DNA from: an uncultured Deinococcaceae bacterium
GTDB taxonomy: Bacteria; Deinococcota; Deinococci; Deinococcales; Deinococcaceae
Direction: 5' to 3'
Assembly: GCA_964252075.1 (NCBI GenBank)
Contig: CAXULY010000014.1
Location: 50,683-114,682 of the forward strand
DNA length: 64,000 nt
The translations under genes were made by a program, and so were the position numbers. Every line of letters starts with the position of its first letter. Within the stretch, counting starts at the first letter, position 1. A model generated the notes under the pieces. That model ran no database searches. It saw only the letters and a list, made by a program, of their open reading frames with translations, and was not told where the DNA came from. Of this stretch, positions 21,080-30,798 are shown piece after piece.

Positions 21080-21607
21080 TCAGCGGGCCGGGCCAATGTA
21101 CAGCTGCACCTGGCCGGTGTCTGAGAGGCGCGGTTTGCAGGCGTCCTCGACCGGGATGAAGGTCATGGCAACCTTCTGGCCAGCCAGCTGCACGACCCGC
21201 ACCTCCTGCACGCTGCGCGCGCATTCAGGCATGCCGGGCGGCGGGTTGGCCACGGTGATGGTCATGCGGCGCCCGTCGAAGCGGTAGGTGCCGTGCGGGA
21301 AGTGGCCGTAACCTGGGAGGGCGACGTGATCCAGGGTGTCGGCCAGCGCGAAGGTGCCGTCGGCGCTGTACCGGATGAAGCCCATGCCGCCCACCGGCGC
21401 GAACATCGGGTTGCTCTGGTACTGCTTCCAGATGCCCGACATGTCGGCGGTGGCGGTGGCGGCCACCACGCACGGCGCGGTCGTTCCCGCCTCGCACGCG
21501 ACGAGCGGAGGTCGGGGAGGGGAGGCGCTGGGCCCCTGGGACTGAGCGAGCCCGGAGCCCAGCAGCAGGGGCGCGACCACCACCATGCACAACAGCCATT
21601 CCTTCAT
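21080..21607 (-). CDS. Secreted hypothetical protein
   Basis: AGGAGG RBS, signal peptide ending GLA-Q, 175 aa with four Cys in the mature part. Confidence 0.75.
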   Translation of the reverse strand: MKEWLLCMVVVAPLLLGSGLAQSQGPSASPPRPPLVACEAGTTAPCVVAATATADMSGIWKQYQSNPMFAPVGGMGFIRYSADGTFALADTLDHVALPGYGHFPHGTYRFDGRRMTITVANPPPGMPECARSVQEVRVVQLAGQKVAMTFIPVEDACKPRLSDTGQVQLYIGPAR

Positions 21608-21674
21608 GCGTTCCTCCTGTCCAGAAGACACCATCATTGAAATCCCCCGTCCCAGACGGCACAAGCGTTTTGCG

Positions 21675-21714
21675 GTACCAGGGTCGTACCATGGGTCGTA
21701 CAGGGAGGCGTACC
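21675..21714. promoter_or_regulatory. GTAC(C) direct repeats, 11-12 bp period
   Basis: GTAC at 21675, 21686, 21698 and 21710 (GGGTCGTAC twice) in the gap between divergent genes. Confidence 0.6.
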
Positions 21715-21718
21715 GGTC

Positions 21719-24007
21719 ATGAACCAAGCACAGGCGGGAAACGGGGAAGCAGGACGTTTCGGCGCATGGGTCCGCACCCAGCGCAAGGCGCTCTGGCTCA
21801 CCCAGAAGAAACTGGCCCGGCTGGTCGGCTGCGCCCCCGTCACGATTCAGAAAATCGAGGAGGGCCGCCGCCGCCCCTCACCTGCCGTGGCCCACGCGCT
21901 GGCGAAGCACCTGGAGCTCACCGTGGCACAGCAGGAGCTGTTTCTGCAGCTGGCCCGCACCGCCCCCACCGCTCCCCGAACACCGCCGCCCGCGGCCCTC
22001 CGCCCGGGGTTTCCCGTTCCGCCGTTCCCGCTCATCGGACGGGCGGAGGCGCTGGTCGCACTGCATCACCGCCTGCTGTTGCCCTCGTCGCGGCTCATCA
22101 CGCTGACTGGACCGCCGGGTGTCGGCAAGACCCGCCTCGCCGTGGGGCTGGCGGACCAGCTGCGCGCCGACTTCCCGGAAGCCCCGTCCTTCATTTCGCT
22201 CGCGGCCATCGAGGACTCCACACAGGTGCTGCCCACCATCAATCGACATCTGGGCCTGCCGGACAGCGGCGCCCTCAGCCTCGGTGAGCGGCTTATGCAC
22301 TCCCTGAGGAACCGGCCGGCGCTGCTGGTGCTGGACAACTTCGAGCACCTGCTGGACGCGGCCCCACTGCTGGCCCCCGTGCTGGACGCCTGCCCTGGCC
22401 TGCGCCTGCTTGTCACCAGCCGAACCGCCCTGCGGCTCTCGGCGGAGCAGGAATGGCCCCTTGTGCCACTGGAGGTCGCCCCAGCTGCCCAGCTGTTCGC
22501 AGCCCGCGTCCAGGCCTTCGACCCCACCTTCGAACTGAACGCCCACACCGCGCCCCTCGTGGCCGAGGTCGTCACGCGCCTGGACGGCCTGCCGCTCGCC
22601 ATCGAGCTGGCCGCCGTGCGCTTGCGCTATGGGCCGCTCGCCGAGCTGACCGCCCAACTGCGCCATGACCCGCTCGCGCCGCTCGGGAAGGGGCCAGTGG
22701 ATGGGCCGCCCCGCCAGCGCACCCTGCACAACGCCATCGCCTGGAGTGACGAGCGGCTCCCCAGGCGCGTGCAGCGCGTCATCCGGCACCTCGGGGTGTT
22801 CGTCGGGGGTTTCGACGCGCAGGCCGCGACCGCCGTCGCGACGGCCACCCCCTCGGACCTGGAAGCGCTGCTTGACGGCCACCTCATCCGGCGCGACGGT
22901 GGGCGCTTCTCCATCCTCGAAACCGTGCGCGCGTACGCCCTCGAACGGCTCGCGGAGCACCGGGAGATGGAAGCGGCCAGGGACGCCCACCAGGCGTATT
23001 TCCTGGGTGTGGCGCTGGCCCGGCAGGGCGCGGATCTTGACTGGTTCGAAGTAGAAGTCGGGAACTTGCGGGCGGCCATGCGCGCCCAGCTGGAAGGCGG
23101 TCACGTCGAGGCGGCCCTGAGGCTCGCGCTGGGCAGCTACTGGTTCTGGGAGACGCGCGGCTACCAGCGCGAAGGCCTGGAGTGGTTCAGGACCATTCTG
23201 GACCACCCGGGGCGGGTGCCTGCGGACCTGCGCCTGGCGGGCCTGAACACCGGGTCCACGATGGCGTGGCAGTCCGGGCGCTTCGACCTGAGCCGCTCGT
23301 GGCTCGCTGAAGGCACGGCGCTCAGCCAACTGACGGGCAACGAGGAGTGGCACGCCACGCTCCTCATGCAGCAGGGCAAAGTGGAGGTGGAACAGGGCCG
23401 GTACCCCGAGGCGCGCGCGGCGCTCCAGCCCGCGCTGGAAGGGGCGCGGCGGCGCTCCCTGCCGCACCTGGAGTGCGCCGTGTGGCTGCAGCTGGCCGAC
23501 GCGAGCCTCGGCGAAGGTGCACTCGACCACGCTGAAGCGCACGCCACGCATTGGCTCGCGCTGTGCCGGGCGCACGCCGGCCTGTTCTGGGAGGCGCCGC
23601 TGCATCAGGTGCTGGGGCTCACCGCCCTCCAGCGGGGAGACGTCGCCCTGGCCCGCCAGCACCTCGCGCAGGCCCTGCACCTGGCGACGGGCACCGAACA
23701 CCGCCTCCAGGTGACGCTGTTCCTCACGGGTCTCGCCGCCACACTCAGCGCCACAAGCGCAGACCGCACCGACTTCATGCGGGCCACGCGCGTGTGGGCC
23801 TGCGTGGAAACCACCCGCAACCACGCGGGATACACGTGGTCCGTCGCTTTCCAGGACCGCTACCACCGTTGGACCGCCCGGGCCCGAGCGCAGCTCAGCG
23901 CCCAGGACTGGACCCAGGCTTGGGCGGACGGACAGACCATGGCGCTCCAGGATGCCGTGGTGGACCTGCTGACCTACACCGCACCACACCGCGCCACGCC
24001 CGCCTGA
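21719..24007 (+). CDS. XRE-HTH / NB-ARC-like ATPase / TPR regulator
   Basis: HTH LTQKKLARLVGCAPVTIQKIEEGRRRP; Walker A GPPGVGKT; LLVLDNFEH; GLPLAIELAA; C-terminal TPR-like helices. Confidence 0.9.
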   Translation: MNQAQAGNGEAGRFGAWVRTQRKALWLTQKKLARLVGCAPVTIQKIEEGRRRPSPAVAHALAKHLELTVAQQELFLQLARTAPTAPRTPPPAALRPGFPVPPFPLIGRAEALVALHHRLLLPSSRLITLTGPPGVGKTRLAVGLADQLRADFPEAPSFISLAAIEDSTQVLPTINRHLGLPDSGALSLGERLMHSLRNRPALLVLDNFEHLLDAAPLLAPVLDACPGLRLLVTSRTALRLSAEQEWPLVPLEVAPAAQLFAARVQAFDPTFELNAHTAPLVAEVVTRLDGLPLAIELAAVRLRYGPLAELTAQLRHDPLAPLGKGPVDGPPRQRTLHNAIAWSDERLPRRVQRVIRHLGVFVGGFDAQAATAVATATPSDLEALLDGHLIRRDGGRFSILETVRAYALERLAEHREMEAARDAHQAYFLGVALARQGADLDWFEVEVGNLRAAMRAQLEGGHVEAALRLALGSYWFWETRGYQREGLEWFRTILDHPGRVPADLRLAGLNTGSTMAWQSGRFDLSRSWLAEGTALSQLTGNEEWHATLLMQQGKVEVEQGRYPEARAALQPALEGARRRSLPHLECAVWLQLADASLGEGALDHAEAHATHWLALCRAHAGLFWEAPLHQVLGLTALQRGDVALARQHLAQALHLATGTEHRLQVTLFLTGLAATLSATSADRTDFMRATRVWACVETTRNHAGYTWSVAFQDRYHRWTARARAQLSAQDWTQAWADGQTMALQDAVVDLLTYTAPHRATPA

Positions 24008-24133
24008 GGCCCAAGGAACAGGGGCTCCGAAGTCCCTGATCGAAGCCGCACAGAGCAGCAGCTGGCACGGCAGGCTCGGTGGGCGGGCTTCAGGAGTTTC
24101 CGTTCGCGTGGGGAGATATGCATACTGAAGGCA

Positions 24134-24874
24134 ATGCGGCGCGCCCGGAGGCTCAGGCGGCTGGCGGCGGCGCTGCTGGCCCTGGCCCTGCTGCCGTCCG
24201 GCGTGGCGCCAACCGCCCGCACCGACGCGGACCGGGACGGCTACCCGGACGCGCTGCAACTGGTAGGCCAGGACCGCGCGCGCTTCGCGGACTGGTTCGC
24301 CAGCGTGGCCGCGAGTCAGTTCTACGGCATGTCGGCCGACTGGCGCCCGGAGAGCCGCGACTGCTCGGGGCTGGTGCGGTACGCCTTCGCGAACGCCCTG
24401 ATGCGGCACGACGCGGCGTGGTTCCGGAAGTTCACGTACCTGCCGCGCCCGCAGTTGCCCTCGGTGGTGGCCTACCGTTATCCGCTCCCGATCCTGGGGA
24501 AGTTCGTGTTCCGCGTGGCGCCCGGCGCCTTCGCGCCGGACGACATTCAGGCCGGGCGGTTCGTGGGCCGCACGACCGTGCAGTACCTCGCGAATTACTC
24601 CTCGGTGCGCGTCACGCGGGACGTCACTCAGGCGCGGCGTGGCGACCTGCTGATCTTCCTGCGGCCGGATCTGGGCAGTTACCACAGCATGATTTACCTG
24701 GGGGACGGCCGCGTGGTGTACCACACCGGCGCCCGCCCCGAAGAGGGCGGCGAGGTGCGCCTCGTGACGCTCGCGACCCTGATGCGCCACCGCAATCCTG
24801 ACTTCCACCCCATCCCCGGAAACCCGAATTTTCTGGGCGTGTACCGCTTCAAGATCCTGGTCGGTGGTCGGTAA
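24134..24874 (+). CDS. DUF1175 (YfaT-like) protein
   Basis: Signal peptide; RDCSGLVRYA..ALMRHD..W; GDLLIF..HSMIY..YHTG; directly upstream of the alpha-2-macroglobulin gene. Confidence 0.85.
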   Translation: MRRARRLRRLAAALLALALLPSGVAPTARTDADRDGYPDALQLVGQDRARFADWFASVAASQFYGMSADWRPESRDCSGLVRYAFANALMRHDAAWFRKFTYLPRPQLPSVVAYRYPLPILGKFVFRVAPGAFAPDDIQAGRFVGRTTVQYLANYSSVRVTRDVTQARRGDLLIFLRPDLGSYHSMIYLGDGRVVYHTGARPEEGGEVRLVTLATLMRHRNPDFHPIPGNPNFLGVYRFKILVGGR

Positions 24875-25022
24875 GCGCGGGCCGGGTTGATCGGGAAGGC
24901 CCGCCGGGCGCGGCGTCATGGGCGCCCCCACTGTTGATGCCCGGCGCCACGTCCGCGCCTATAAGCTGAAGGGCAGGACCGACAGGTGGGGCGCGCGGGA
25001 CCGCGCCGTCAAGGAGGCGAAC

Positions 25023-28000
25023 GTGGAGCACGCGGGCAGGTACAGGCGCTTCTGGCTGGGCGTGGGGTTGGCGGGACTGCTGCTGTCGGGCCTCGCGCCG
25101 GCGCAGCGCGGCACCGCGGTGTACGGCGGGGTCTTTCGCAGCGCGCAGCGCGTCTCGATGAGCGTGGACGCCCCGAAGGGCGCGGTGTTCACCCTCGCGC
25201 GGATCGCGGATCCGCAGGCGGTCCTGCTGCATTCCCGCGACCCGCACCGCCCCACGCTGCCGCCCAGCGCGCGCACCCAGGTGCTGCGGACGCTGCGCAG
25301 CACCGGCGAGGGCGGTTATCAGGACCTGGACCTGGGGCGCCTCCCGAGTGGCGTGTACCTGCTGAGCAGTGGTGGCGTGGGCGCGGTGGTGCTGGTGAGT
25401 GACCTGGGCCTGGTGGTCAAGCGTGACGCGTCCAGCGTCCTGACCTACACCGCGGACCGTGACAGCGGCCGCACCCGCCCCGCGAAGGTCTGGGCGCTGG
25501 GGGGCGGTGGCGCGCCCGTGACCGCCAGCGCGGACGGCGTGGCGCGCTTCCAGCGGCCCGCCCAGGAGAACGAATATTACGTCGCGCGCGTCGGGAACGA
25601 CTGGGCGGTGTCCGGCGCGGGCTGGAACGCGTACGCCGCGCCGCTGGTGCGCGGCGCCGTGTACCCGGACCGGCCCGTCTACCGCCCCGGGCAGCACGTG
25701 GCGTTCAAGGCGGTGCTGCGCCGCGCGGGCAGCCTCGCGCCGCTCGCGAACACGGCGGTGCGCGTGCGGGTGCTCTCTCCGTACGACGAGGAGGTGTTCC
25801 GCAAGTCGCTGACCACCACGGCGTACGGGTCGCTCTCGGCGGGCCTGGACCTGCCGCCCGGCGCGAAGCTCGGCGACTACACCTTTGATGTCGCGCCGGC
25901 CGGCGCGGACGGGGACGGGCAGGCGAACGTCTCGGGCCGCTTCACGGTGGAGGCGTACCAGAAGCCGGAGTACCAGGTGGCGCTCACGCCCGACCGGACG
26001 CGCGCGGTGCAGGGCGAACGCGCGCGCATTCACGTGTCGGCGCGCTACCTGTTCGGCGGCGCCCTGTCGGGCGCACGCGTGAAGTACAACGTGACGCGCG
26101 CGCCCTACTATGCGCCCGGCTTCGACGAGGACAGCGGCTCACCGGACGATGACGGCTCCGATTACGGCGCGGACCTGGTGGTGCAGGAGGACACCCGCCT
26201 GAACGCGGCGGGCGACCTGGACCTCACGCTGCCGCTCGACCGTGACGCCGAGGGACGGCCGGTCAGTTACCGGGTGGAGGCGGAGGTGCAGGACGAGTCG
26301 CGCCGCACGGTGAGCGCCCAGGCGCGCGTGATCGCCTTTCCCGCCAGCCTGAACGTGCAGGCCGACACCGACGGGTACGTGTACGACGCGGGCTCGCCCA
26401 TCGCGGTGCAGGTGGACACCCGCGACCTGCAGGACCGGGGCCGCGCCGCGGCCGTCACGCTGGACCTCGTGCGCCAGCGGTACGTTCAGGACCGCGCGGG
26501 GCAGTGGAAGCTCGTGGAGACGCGCGAGGCGCGCGCGCCGGTGCGCACGGACCCGCAGGGCCACGCGCGGGCGCGCCTGCGGGCGAACCACGGCGGCGGG
26601 TACCTGCTGCGCGCCACCGTCACGGACGCGCGGGGCCGCCGCAGCACCGCCGAGAACTTCGTGTGGGTGCTGCGCGCGGGCGACACCTGGAGCTGGCCGT
26701 ACCGCGACCTGAGCGTGCGGCTGGACCGCAGGCGCTACGCCCCTGGCGACACCGCCACCGCGCTGATCGGCAACCCGCACCCCGGCGCGCCGGTGCTGCT
26801 CACGCTGGAGGGTGACCGCCTGCGCCGGGCGGTGGTGCTGCGCGGCCCGCAGGCGGCCCTGACGTACCGCTTTCAGGTCACGGCGGACATGAGCCCCAAC
26901 GTGTTCGTGTCGGCCGCCGCGCTGGCGGACGGCAACATCTACAGCAGCGAGGCGCGCGTGACGGTGCCGCGCGCGGGCGCGGCCCTGAACGTGCAGGTCA
27001 CGCCGGACCGCGCCCGCTACGCGCCCGGCGACCACGGCACGCTGGCGGTGCAGGTCACGGACGCGCGCGGGCGCGGCGTGCCGGCTGAACTCGCGCTGAG
27101 CGTGGTGGACCAGGCCATTTACCTCGTGAAGGCGGACGACGCCACGCCCCTCACCGGGGTCTTCGACGCGCCGCGCGACAACGCGGTCGGCACGCGGTCC
27201 AGCGTGGACTTCAGCTTTGAGGCGGGGCCGGTGGCGGCCGCGCCGCGCGCCGCGATGAGCGACGCGGCCTTCGCGCAGGGCAAGGGCGAGGCGCCCGCGC
27301 CCGCCGCGGCCCCGGACGCCCCCCCGCGCAGCGACTTCCGGGACACCATCGTGTGGCTGCCGCACCTGATGACCGACGCGCAGGGCCGCGCGCGCGTGCC
27401 CGTGCGATTCCCGGACAACCTCACCACCTGGGTGGCCACCGCCCGCGCGCAGACCCTCAGCCCGCGCTTCGGGCAGGGCGGCGCCCGCACCGTGGTCAGC
27501 AAGGACGTGGTGGCGCGCCTGAGCGCGCCGCCGTTCCTGGTGCGCGGCGACCGCGTGACGCTGTCCGGCGTGGTGAACAACACCCTGCCGACGGGCGTGC
27601 AGGGCGCGGCCACCGCGCGCCTCACGGGCCTCAGCGCGCTGGGCGGGGCGGCCCTCACCGCCCGCGGCGCGCCCCTCAAGGTGGCCGGCCAGGGCCGCGA
27701 GCGCTTCGACTTCACGGCGCGCGCCGATCAGGTGGGGACGGCCCAGCTGACCTTCGGTGCGCGCACGGCGGGGGGCAGCGACGCCCTGAAGCTGCCATTG
27801 CCGGTCAAGGCGCGCGGCTACGCCGTGAGCCGCGCCGCGGTGGGCGGCCCGGACAGCGCCCTGACGCTGAACGTGCCGCAGGACGCCAACCGCGCCACGC
27901 TGCACCTCGACCTGGACCTCACGCCGTCCCTGCTCTCGGCAGTCAGTCCCGCCCTGGAGTACCTCGCGGGGTACCCGTACGGCTGCACCGAGCAGACCAT

Positions 28001-29459
28001 GAGCCGCTTCCTGCCCGCCCTGCTGGCCCGCCAGGCGCTGGGCACCGCGGCTCTCCCGGCGTCCCTCAGGGCGCAGCTGCCGGACATCACGGCGGCCGGC
28101 CTGGCGCGGCTGGCCCTCTTTCAGCACGAGGACGGCGGCTGGAACTTCTGGCAGTGGGACGACAGCACCCTGGAAATGACCGCCTACGTGGTCGAGGGCC
28201 TGCTGCGCGCCCGGCAGGCGGGCCTCAAGGTGGACAACGCCATGCTGGACCACGCCCTGCAGTACCTCGCGCGCCACGTGAACGCGCCGGAGGCGCCGCA
28301 GGCGGAGCGCGCCCGCGCGCACCGGGTGCTCGCGCAGGCAGGACGCGCCCGCGCCGCGGACGTGATGGCCTTCGCGCGGCGCCCGGACCTGCAGCCGTAC
28401 GCACTCGCGGAACTGGCCCTGGCCCTGCAGCGGCTCGGGCGCGCCGACGCCGCCCAGGACCTGCTGGACCGCCTGCTGGCCCGGCGCATCGCCGGTGAGG
28501 GCGGCGCGCGCGTGCACTGGGAGAAGCCCGGCACGCCGGACTGGTGGGACGCCTGGGACGACAACAGCGTCCAGGTGACGGCCGCGGCCCTGGAGGCGCT
28601 GAACGCCCTGCGGCCCCAGAGTCCCGCGATTCCCGCCGTGACGCAGTGGCTGCTGGCGCAGCGGCGCGGCCCGCAATGGGTGAGCACCCAGGACACCACC
28701 AGCGTCATCATCGCGGCGCTGGCCGGCCAGCGCCCCGTGGCGGCGCCCGCCCGCGTGACGGTGAAGCTCGACGGGCGGGAAGCGGGCCGCGCCCAGCTGG
28801 GCGCGGACGGCCGGGCCGCTCACCTCGACCTCCCGGTGGAGCGCCTCACGCCCGGCGCGCACACCCTGACGCTCGCGGGCGCGCGGAAGGGCCTCAGTGC
28901 GGCGGCGCACCTCACGTACGACCGCGAGCCCAGCACGCTCTCCGGCGACGCGACGCGCGGCCTGCGCCTCACCCGCACGTACGAGCGCCTCACGGCCCAC
29001 TGGGACGCGGAAGGGCAGCGCTACACCTACACCCGCGCGCCCCTCCTGCACGGCGGGCAGCTGCAGGCGGTGACGGTGGGCGACCTGATCCTCGTGACGC
29101 TCAGCGTGCAGCCCACCCGCCACACGGCACGCTACCTGCTGCTGAGCGACCCGATCCCCGCGGGCACGCGCGCCCTAGACGACCGCGCCCTCAGCATCGC
29201 GGGCCTGAACGACGGCGACGACGACGACGACTGGGAGGACAGCTGGGGTTTCTGGTACGCCGGGCGCGACCTGCAGGACGACCGAGTGGACCTGTACGCC
29301 GACGTGCTGGAGGGCCGCCAGGAACTCACGTACGTGCTGCGCGCCGAGACGCCCGGCACCTTCACCGCCCTGCCCAGCCACGCCTTCCTGATGTACGACC
29401 CGGACGTGGAGGGGTACGGCCCCGCCGCCACCCTCACGGTGCGTGACCGCCAGCCGTGA
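25023..29459 (+). CDS. Bacterial alpha-2-macroglobulin
   Basis: GTG after AAGGAGG; DRPVYRPG, AYQKPEY, RSDFRDT..W, PDNLTTW; thioester motif YPYGCTEQ (CTEQ at 27984-27995). Confidence 0.95.
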   Translation: MEHAGRYRRFWLGVGLAGLLLSGLAPAQRGTAVYGGVFRSAQRVSMSVDAPKGAVFTLARIADPQAVLLHSRDPHRPTLPPSARTQVLRTLRSTGEGGYQDLDLGRLPSGVYLLSSGGVGAVVLVSDLGLVVKRDASSVLTYTADRDSGRTRPAKVWALGGGGAPVTASADGVARFQRPAQENEYYVARVGNDWAVSGAGWNAYAAPLVRGAVYPDRPVYRPGQHVAFKAVLRRAGSLAPLANTAVRVRVLSPYDEEVFRKSLTTTAYGSLSAGLDLPPGAKLGDYTFDVAPAGADGDGQANVSGRFTVEAYQKPEYQVALTPDRTRAVQGERARIHVSARYLFGGALSGARVKYNVTRAPYYAPGFDEDSGSPDDDGSDYGADLVVQEDTRLNAAGDLDLTLPLDRDAEGRPVSYRVEAEVQDESRRTVSAQARVIAFPASLNVQADTDGYVYDAGSPIAVQVDTRDLQDRGRAAAVTLDLVRQRYVQDRAGQWKLVETREARAPVRTDPQGHARARLRANHGGGYLLRATVTDARGRRSTAENFVWVLRAGDTWSWPYRDLSVRLDRRRYAPGDTATALIGNPHPGAPVLLTLEGDRLRRAVVLRGPQAALTYRFQVTADMSPNVFVSAAALADGNIYSSEARVTVPRAGAALNVQVTPDRARYAPGDHGTLAVQVTDARGRGVPAELALSVVDQAIYLVKADDATPLTGVFDAPRDNAVGTRSSVDFSFEAGPVAAAPRAAMSDAAFAQGKGEAPAPAAAPDAPPRSDFRDTIVWLPHLMTDAQGRARVPVRFPDNLTTWVATARAQTLSPRFGQGGARTVVSKDVVARLSAPPFLVRGDRVTLSGVVNNTLPTGVQGAATARLTGLSALGGAALTARGAPLKVAGQGRERFDFTARADQVGTAQLTFGARTAGGSDALKLPLPVKARGYAVSRAAVGGPDSALTLNVPQDANRATLHLDLDLTPSLLSAVSPALEYLAGYPYGCTEQTMSRFLPALLARQALGTAALPASLRAQLPDITAAGLARLALFQHEDGGWNFWQWDDSTLEMTAYVVEGLLRARQAGLKVDNAMLDHALQYLARHVNAPEAPQAERARAHRVLAQAGRARAADVMAFARRPDLQPYALAELALALQRLGRADAAQDLLDRLLARRIAGEGGARVHWEKPGTPDWWDAWDDNSVQVTAAALEALNALRPQSPAIPAVTQWLLAQRRGPQWVSTQDTTSVIIAALAGQRPVAAPARVTVKLDGREAGRAQLGADGRAAHLDLPVERLTPGAHTLTLAGARKGLSAAAHLTYDREPSTLSGDATRGLRLTRTYERLTAHWDAEGQRYTYTRAPLLHGGQLQAVTVGDLILVTLSVQPTRHTARYLLLSDPIPAGTRALDDRALSIAGLNDGDDDDDWEDSWGFWYAGRDLQDDRVDLYADVLEGRQELTYVLRAETPGTFTALPSHAFLMYDPDVEGYGPAATLTVRDRQP

Positions 29460-30055
29460 GGCGCCGCGCGTGGGCGCTCGCGGCCCTGATGCTGTGGACA
29501 GGAGCCAGCGCCCACTCCGCCCGGCACGGGCGCCTGACGGTGCAGTACGCGGACCCGCGCGACCGTGGCCAGCTGGGCACCGTATTCCGGGCGTTCGACG
29601 CGGCGGTTGCCGACCTGCGCGCCCTGCACCTGCCGCTCCCAGCGTCGGTGCATGTGGTGGCGGCGGCGAACGCGGCGGACTTCACGGCGCGCACGGGCGA
29701 ACCCGCCGGAATTGCGGCCAGCACCCTCCACCGCACCATCCGCACGCAACGGCTCACGGCGCTCGCGGCGCGCGGCCTGCTGCCCGTCACCATCCGCCAC
29801 GAGACCTTCCACGCCGCGCAGCCGGAGGGCGTCGCGCGCTGGCGCGCCGAGGGCCTCGCCCGCACCTTCAGTGGCGAGTCGGCGCGCGACCCGGACGGAC
29901 CGACGGGGCTGGAATCGCTGCCGGAGCGCGCGCTTGACGCCGCCCTGCAGGGCCGCGACCCGGCCCGCCTCGCCGCGGCGTACCGTGAGGCGAGCCGCCG
30001 CGTCGGGCGCCTGCTGCGCACGCGAAGCTGGTCGGCGGTGATGCAGGGCCGGTAA
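29456..30055 (+). CDS. Secreted HExxH (gluzincin / peptidase MA-like) protein
   Basis: GTGA overlap with the A2M stop; signal peptide; HETFH followed by W..EGLA. Confidence 0.75.
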   Translation: MRRRAWALAALMLWTGASAHSARHGRLTVQYADPRDRGQLGTVFRAFDAAVADLRALHLPLPASVHVVAAANAADFTARTGEPAGIAASTLHRTIRTQRLTALAARGLLPVTIRHETFHAAQPEGVARWRAEGLARTFSGESARDPDGPTGLESLPERALDAALQGRDPARLAAAYREASRRVGRLLRTRSWSAVMQGR

Positions 30056-30540
30056 GTCGTGAGGCCGCGCCCCAGACCCCAGGGTCTCGGATGCCCTCAC
30101 GCAAATTTCTGAAGCCGGCCCGCCGGGATTGGGGAACGCGTTTGCGTTGGGTGGGGCTGGACCACCATCCACGGCGACACAGTCCGGACGGAGCGGTGCC
30201 TGGACTGGCCCCGCCCGAATGACGGCACGCGTGTGCCATCAGGGTGCTTGACGGTTGTACAGGCTGTTGCTGCCCATGAAAGAGTTCGTGATGCACTCCG
30301 CCGCGTGATGATCCCCCGCGCGTCTGCCACCCCCAGCAGGACGTGTGGGGTCCGGGGGTGGCTGGAGGGACCTATCCACTGCTCCCATGAAAGTGAGGGG
30401 CGGTGCCAACTCACTAGGTGGGAACGGCGGTAAGTGGGCCAGTCCCAGCCCCCTCGTGTTCCGCTCAAGCACCGAAAACCCCGTTCTTCCAAGAAAAGTA
30501 CTCCTGTTTTCCAGGGTTTGGTGCGAGGAATTTACTCTTA

Positions 30541-30578
30541 TTGACGCGCGGGTGAATTCAAGTTACGCTTCGATTCAC
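30541..30578 (+). promoter_or_regulatory. Sigma70-type promoter TTGACG-N17-TACGCT with overlapping inverted repeat GTGAAT..ATTCAC
   Basis: Near-consensus -35/-10 with 17-nt spacer about 220 nt upstream of the ABC operon. Confidence 0.65.
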
Positions 30579-30798
30579 ACAAGCATTCAGCGCCGGAATC
30601 ACCGGTGGCTCCTGTCCTCCTGCACCCGGAGGGAACCGTGCACACCCCAGCTCGCGTAGGCCGTCAACGCGTCCGTCCCGCTGCCCGACACCCCGCCGTC
30701 CAGCCTCGCGGCGGTGGTCCTTTGGCCCGCTGCACCGGCGCGCCGCCACCCGCTCACGCATCACTTCGGACCGTCCCCACCCCGCACCGGAGGCTCCC

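Noticed and set aside
21878..24931. Very long antisense ORFs (also 26139-29123, 57362-60565, 3147-5102)
   Set aside because: Shadow frames opposite well-supported genes in high-GC DNA; no recognisable motifs
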